A stretch of DNA of 64,000 bases from NCBI GenBank assembly GCA_964016885.1, contig OZ024743.1, positions 287,060,001 through 287,124,000 on the forward strand, given 5' to 3'. This DNA comes from Eledone cirrhosa (Eukaryota). The position numbers were made by a program, and so were the translations under genes. The notes beneath the pieces were generated by a model, which made no database searches, was not told the origin of the DNA, and saw only the letters and a program-made list of their open reading frames with translations. Below, piece by piece: positions 61,173 to 64,000 of the stretch (the first letter of the stretch is position 1; every line of letters begins with the position of its first letter).

Positions 61173-62390
61173 TATATACATTAACCTATATATACATGCG
61201 TTATTATGTGACTATTTGAAAAATATTTATAAAATTACGGTCAGTAAGCGAGAAAATGTGTTAATTTGCTCTCAATTGGTATTTTACAATAGCATTGGTA
61301 TATTAAATACTCTGTGTACTTCTCTATAAACCACCGTATATTGTGACTCTTTTCTTACTGCTGGGTACAGTATGGCTGGTTGGTCGAAATGTTCGTTTCA
61401 CAATCATGAAGTCCCTGCTTCGATGACACTTCGTGGCATTTTGAGCATTTACTATAGCTTCGGTTCAACCCAGGCCTCGGATGGACTGTACTTGTAATTC
61501 GAAGAGGCAACCTTGCCACATACTGTGTTACTCTGAATCTCTGATAATTACTTAAAGAGTACACGTGTCTGTGTAATGCTCAACCACTTAGACGTTGATT
61601 TCATAAGCTGGCTGTTCTGTTGATCGAACAACTGGAATGCTCATTGTTGAAAATGACAGATCCCTTCCACTCAAAGGTTTTGACATTATCAAATTCCAAA
61701 GAATACACACGAAGAGTATGTGTTATAGTTAGATCGGACTAAGGAAACTGTTTCCATACGTCTTTCCATTGCTGATACTATCTACCAGTCAGAAATAGGA
61801 AAAGAAAGAAAGCTGTAAAAACATTTAGCAATTTAAGTAGGTGATAACGTTTATGAGTAAAGCTCTTTGTCAATTGATGATTTCAAACTACTAGTTCCTG
61901 TTGGGATTGTCATCACATTTTTGTTATGATCCTCTCTTGGGCCTTATAGACGGAGATTCTAATTACAATTTTTCTTTTTAATCTGTCATCTTGACAAATA
62001 AAGAGTGTTAGTACTAGCCAGCAGAAAAGTGTGTAGCTATTTTTATACACACATCAGACTCTATAGTCTTTAAAAAGAGAAGAACATATTAGATAATGAA
62101 GTTTTAGATACACTATGTCTGATAAAAAAAGACAGAATTTTCACATATATCAGCTGGGTAAGGGTTAACCTGGAGCTAATCAGAAGCAGCAACAACTAAC
62201 GGCTAACTTAACCTGTTACCTATTTTAACACCACCACCTGAACCTTGGATGCCTTCAGTGGGACTCAAGTTTGAGGATACCTATCTCACTCCTCAACAGT
62301 CTCAGAGACTGTGAAAGGGGTAATAGACATAGCCCTTATCTCCCTGACAAAACAGTTAAGACACGTGTCTGTGGAAGAGGTACTATAACA

Positions 62391-62598
62391 ATGCCTAAAA
62401 ATTGTAGTGTTCAAGGTTGTTCCAACCACCATATGATGAAAGATAAAAAGTTATCGTTTTATTGTTTGCCCAACATCCTAAAGAAAGCAGAGCGACGAAG
62501 TCTTTGGGTGAGTGCATGTCAGCGCGTCAATTCAGATGGAACTCAGTGGATTCCCATCTCTAAATACGTCTATATCTGTAGTGAACATTTTGTAACTG
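62391..62598 (+). CDS. First coding exon of a THAP-domain (C2CH zinc finger) protein or transposase
   Basis: MPKNCSVQGCSN...SFYCLP...RRSLW...ICSEHF followed by a G|GTAAG donor. Confidence 0.85.
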
Positions 62599-63164
62599 GT
62601 AAGTACACTCATATAAAGATACATTATATGCTCACACACAAACATATATATATACATGCATAGATACATACATACACCATGTTACGCTCAACCGGGGCTG
62701 GTTTTGGCTTGGTTTCTACAGCTGGATGCCCTTCCTAACGCCAACCACATTTACAGTGTGTGTTAGGTGCTTTTTGTCATGTCACCTACACGACCACTTT
62801 ACAGCATGGACTGGGCACTTTTGTCATAGCTCCAGTGGGGCCACTTCATGGTGTGGGACGGGAACTAGGGAGGGTGTTGGAAGAAGCTTGGGGAAATTGA
62901 GGACGTAGATAATAGGGGAGGGATGGTTATAGCAAAGGGAGGTGTATGGAAGATGGTAGAGGAAGGTGTTGCCTATTAGATGTATGTCTCAGCTCAAGCA
63001 TATCATGTATATATACATGTATTTGTATGTGGAAAAAATAAAGACGAAAATGCACACAAAAAATATATATAATATACAGTTTATTATATTAAACAACAAA
63101 TACAAAAGATGGCTGATTGAACACATGCTTTTTCTCAAAAAGAATTATTTTCCATTTCTTCTTA

Positions 63165-63500
63165 ATAATAATAAGGAAAATTATTGTGTACAGTGCTCAG
63201 GTGCACTACAACTCATCAAAAGTGCATACATACAATAATGTACAAATGTCAGGAAAATGAGCAGTGTATGTGTCATGACATCCATACAGATACATGTACG
63301 TGTGTGTATGGAGGGAGAATATCAGGTGTAGTGTTGGCGAATTTCGAGAAGCATGGAATTTTTTAAGGATGCAGTGTCCCAAGAGCTAACAACTGATGCA
63401 CATAGTTTGTTCCATGCTTCAGCAACTTAGAGCAGAACTAATGTCAAAAACCATAAGACTCTTTTTCTGCTATATCAAGTGTTAAACTAATATATATCTT
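63165..63500 (-). mobile_element. CR1-like LINE 3' end; the same tail occurs at ~6915-7040 on the + strand
   Basis: WNKL.ASVV motif and a shared 3' UTR ending in (att)n. Confidence 0.6.
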
Positions 63501-64000
63501 CATTGTTTTGTTGTGTTGTTTTCCATTGACTTTTCACATAAATACAACCTATCTATAATCTACAGTTTTTTAAATTACCATTTAACATCAATAGTTTATC
63601 AACTCGGCCATGTTTTGCTTTTAACTAATCATAGTCTTAACTGTAAATTAAAGTCATCTAATATTTGGTTTTATCAAAGAACCTTATGATAGAATGCTAG
63701 TGTTTAGGTAGTAAATTTTTTTTAAATGTAAGAATCCTAGCAGTAGTTACATGGCTTGGTATGTAAGGTTTTGGCAGAGTATTTATTATACCTAAATATT
63801 TAACCCTTTAGCATTTAAACCGACCATATCCGGCCAGAATTTTCTCACCTCTTTCTGTTTAAACCAGTTGCTCATACTGGTGTTAAGGTATTGTTCTCAA
63901 AATAAATAATATCAAAATCTCATAGATTCAATACTATGTGAGATAATTATGTTAGGTAAAGCCTTTACCATGAAAATATATAGAGTAGATTAAATGCTAA

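Noticed and set aside
62271-62390. N-terminal extension of the THAP ORF from a TTG start
   Set aside because: THAP domains normally begin at the initiator Met (MPxxC); the ATG at 62391 fits

Overview
AT-rich eukaryotic (invertebrate) genomic DNA. The SINE, LINE and microsatellite content suggests an octopus-like cephalopod, which is an inference. Bases ~2.0-20.0 kb hold a complete 10-exon HMG-CoA lyase gene (HMGCL, 336 aa, minus strand) whose introns carry SINEs, MITEs and RTE/CR1/hAT fragments. From ~20.1 to ~61 kb the sequence is almost entirely nested transposons. These include two decayed CRE-clade retrotransposons (one ending ~80 bp upstream of the HMGCL ATG), small non-coding tRNA-Trp-primed LTR elements and solo LTRs, and a 7.0-kb hAT element (TSD ATGTAGAC). 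The hAT element contains a SINE, an LTR element, a hammerhead-ribozyme motif, a foldback and an R4/Dong fragment. A Merlin-type element (TSD CCATAATT) has its right TIR split by ~22 kb inserted at one (TAA)n site: SINEs, three (ATT)n-flanked Tx1-like LINEs and two R4/Dong fragments, including an ~8.94-kb tandem duplication. The first exon of a THAP-domain gene lies at ~62.4 kb. All calls are from manual reading; no database searches were run.
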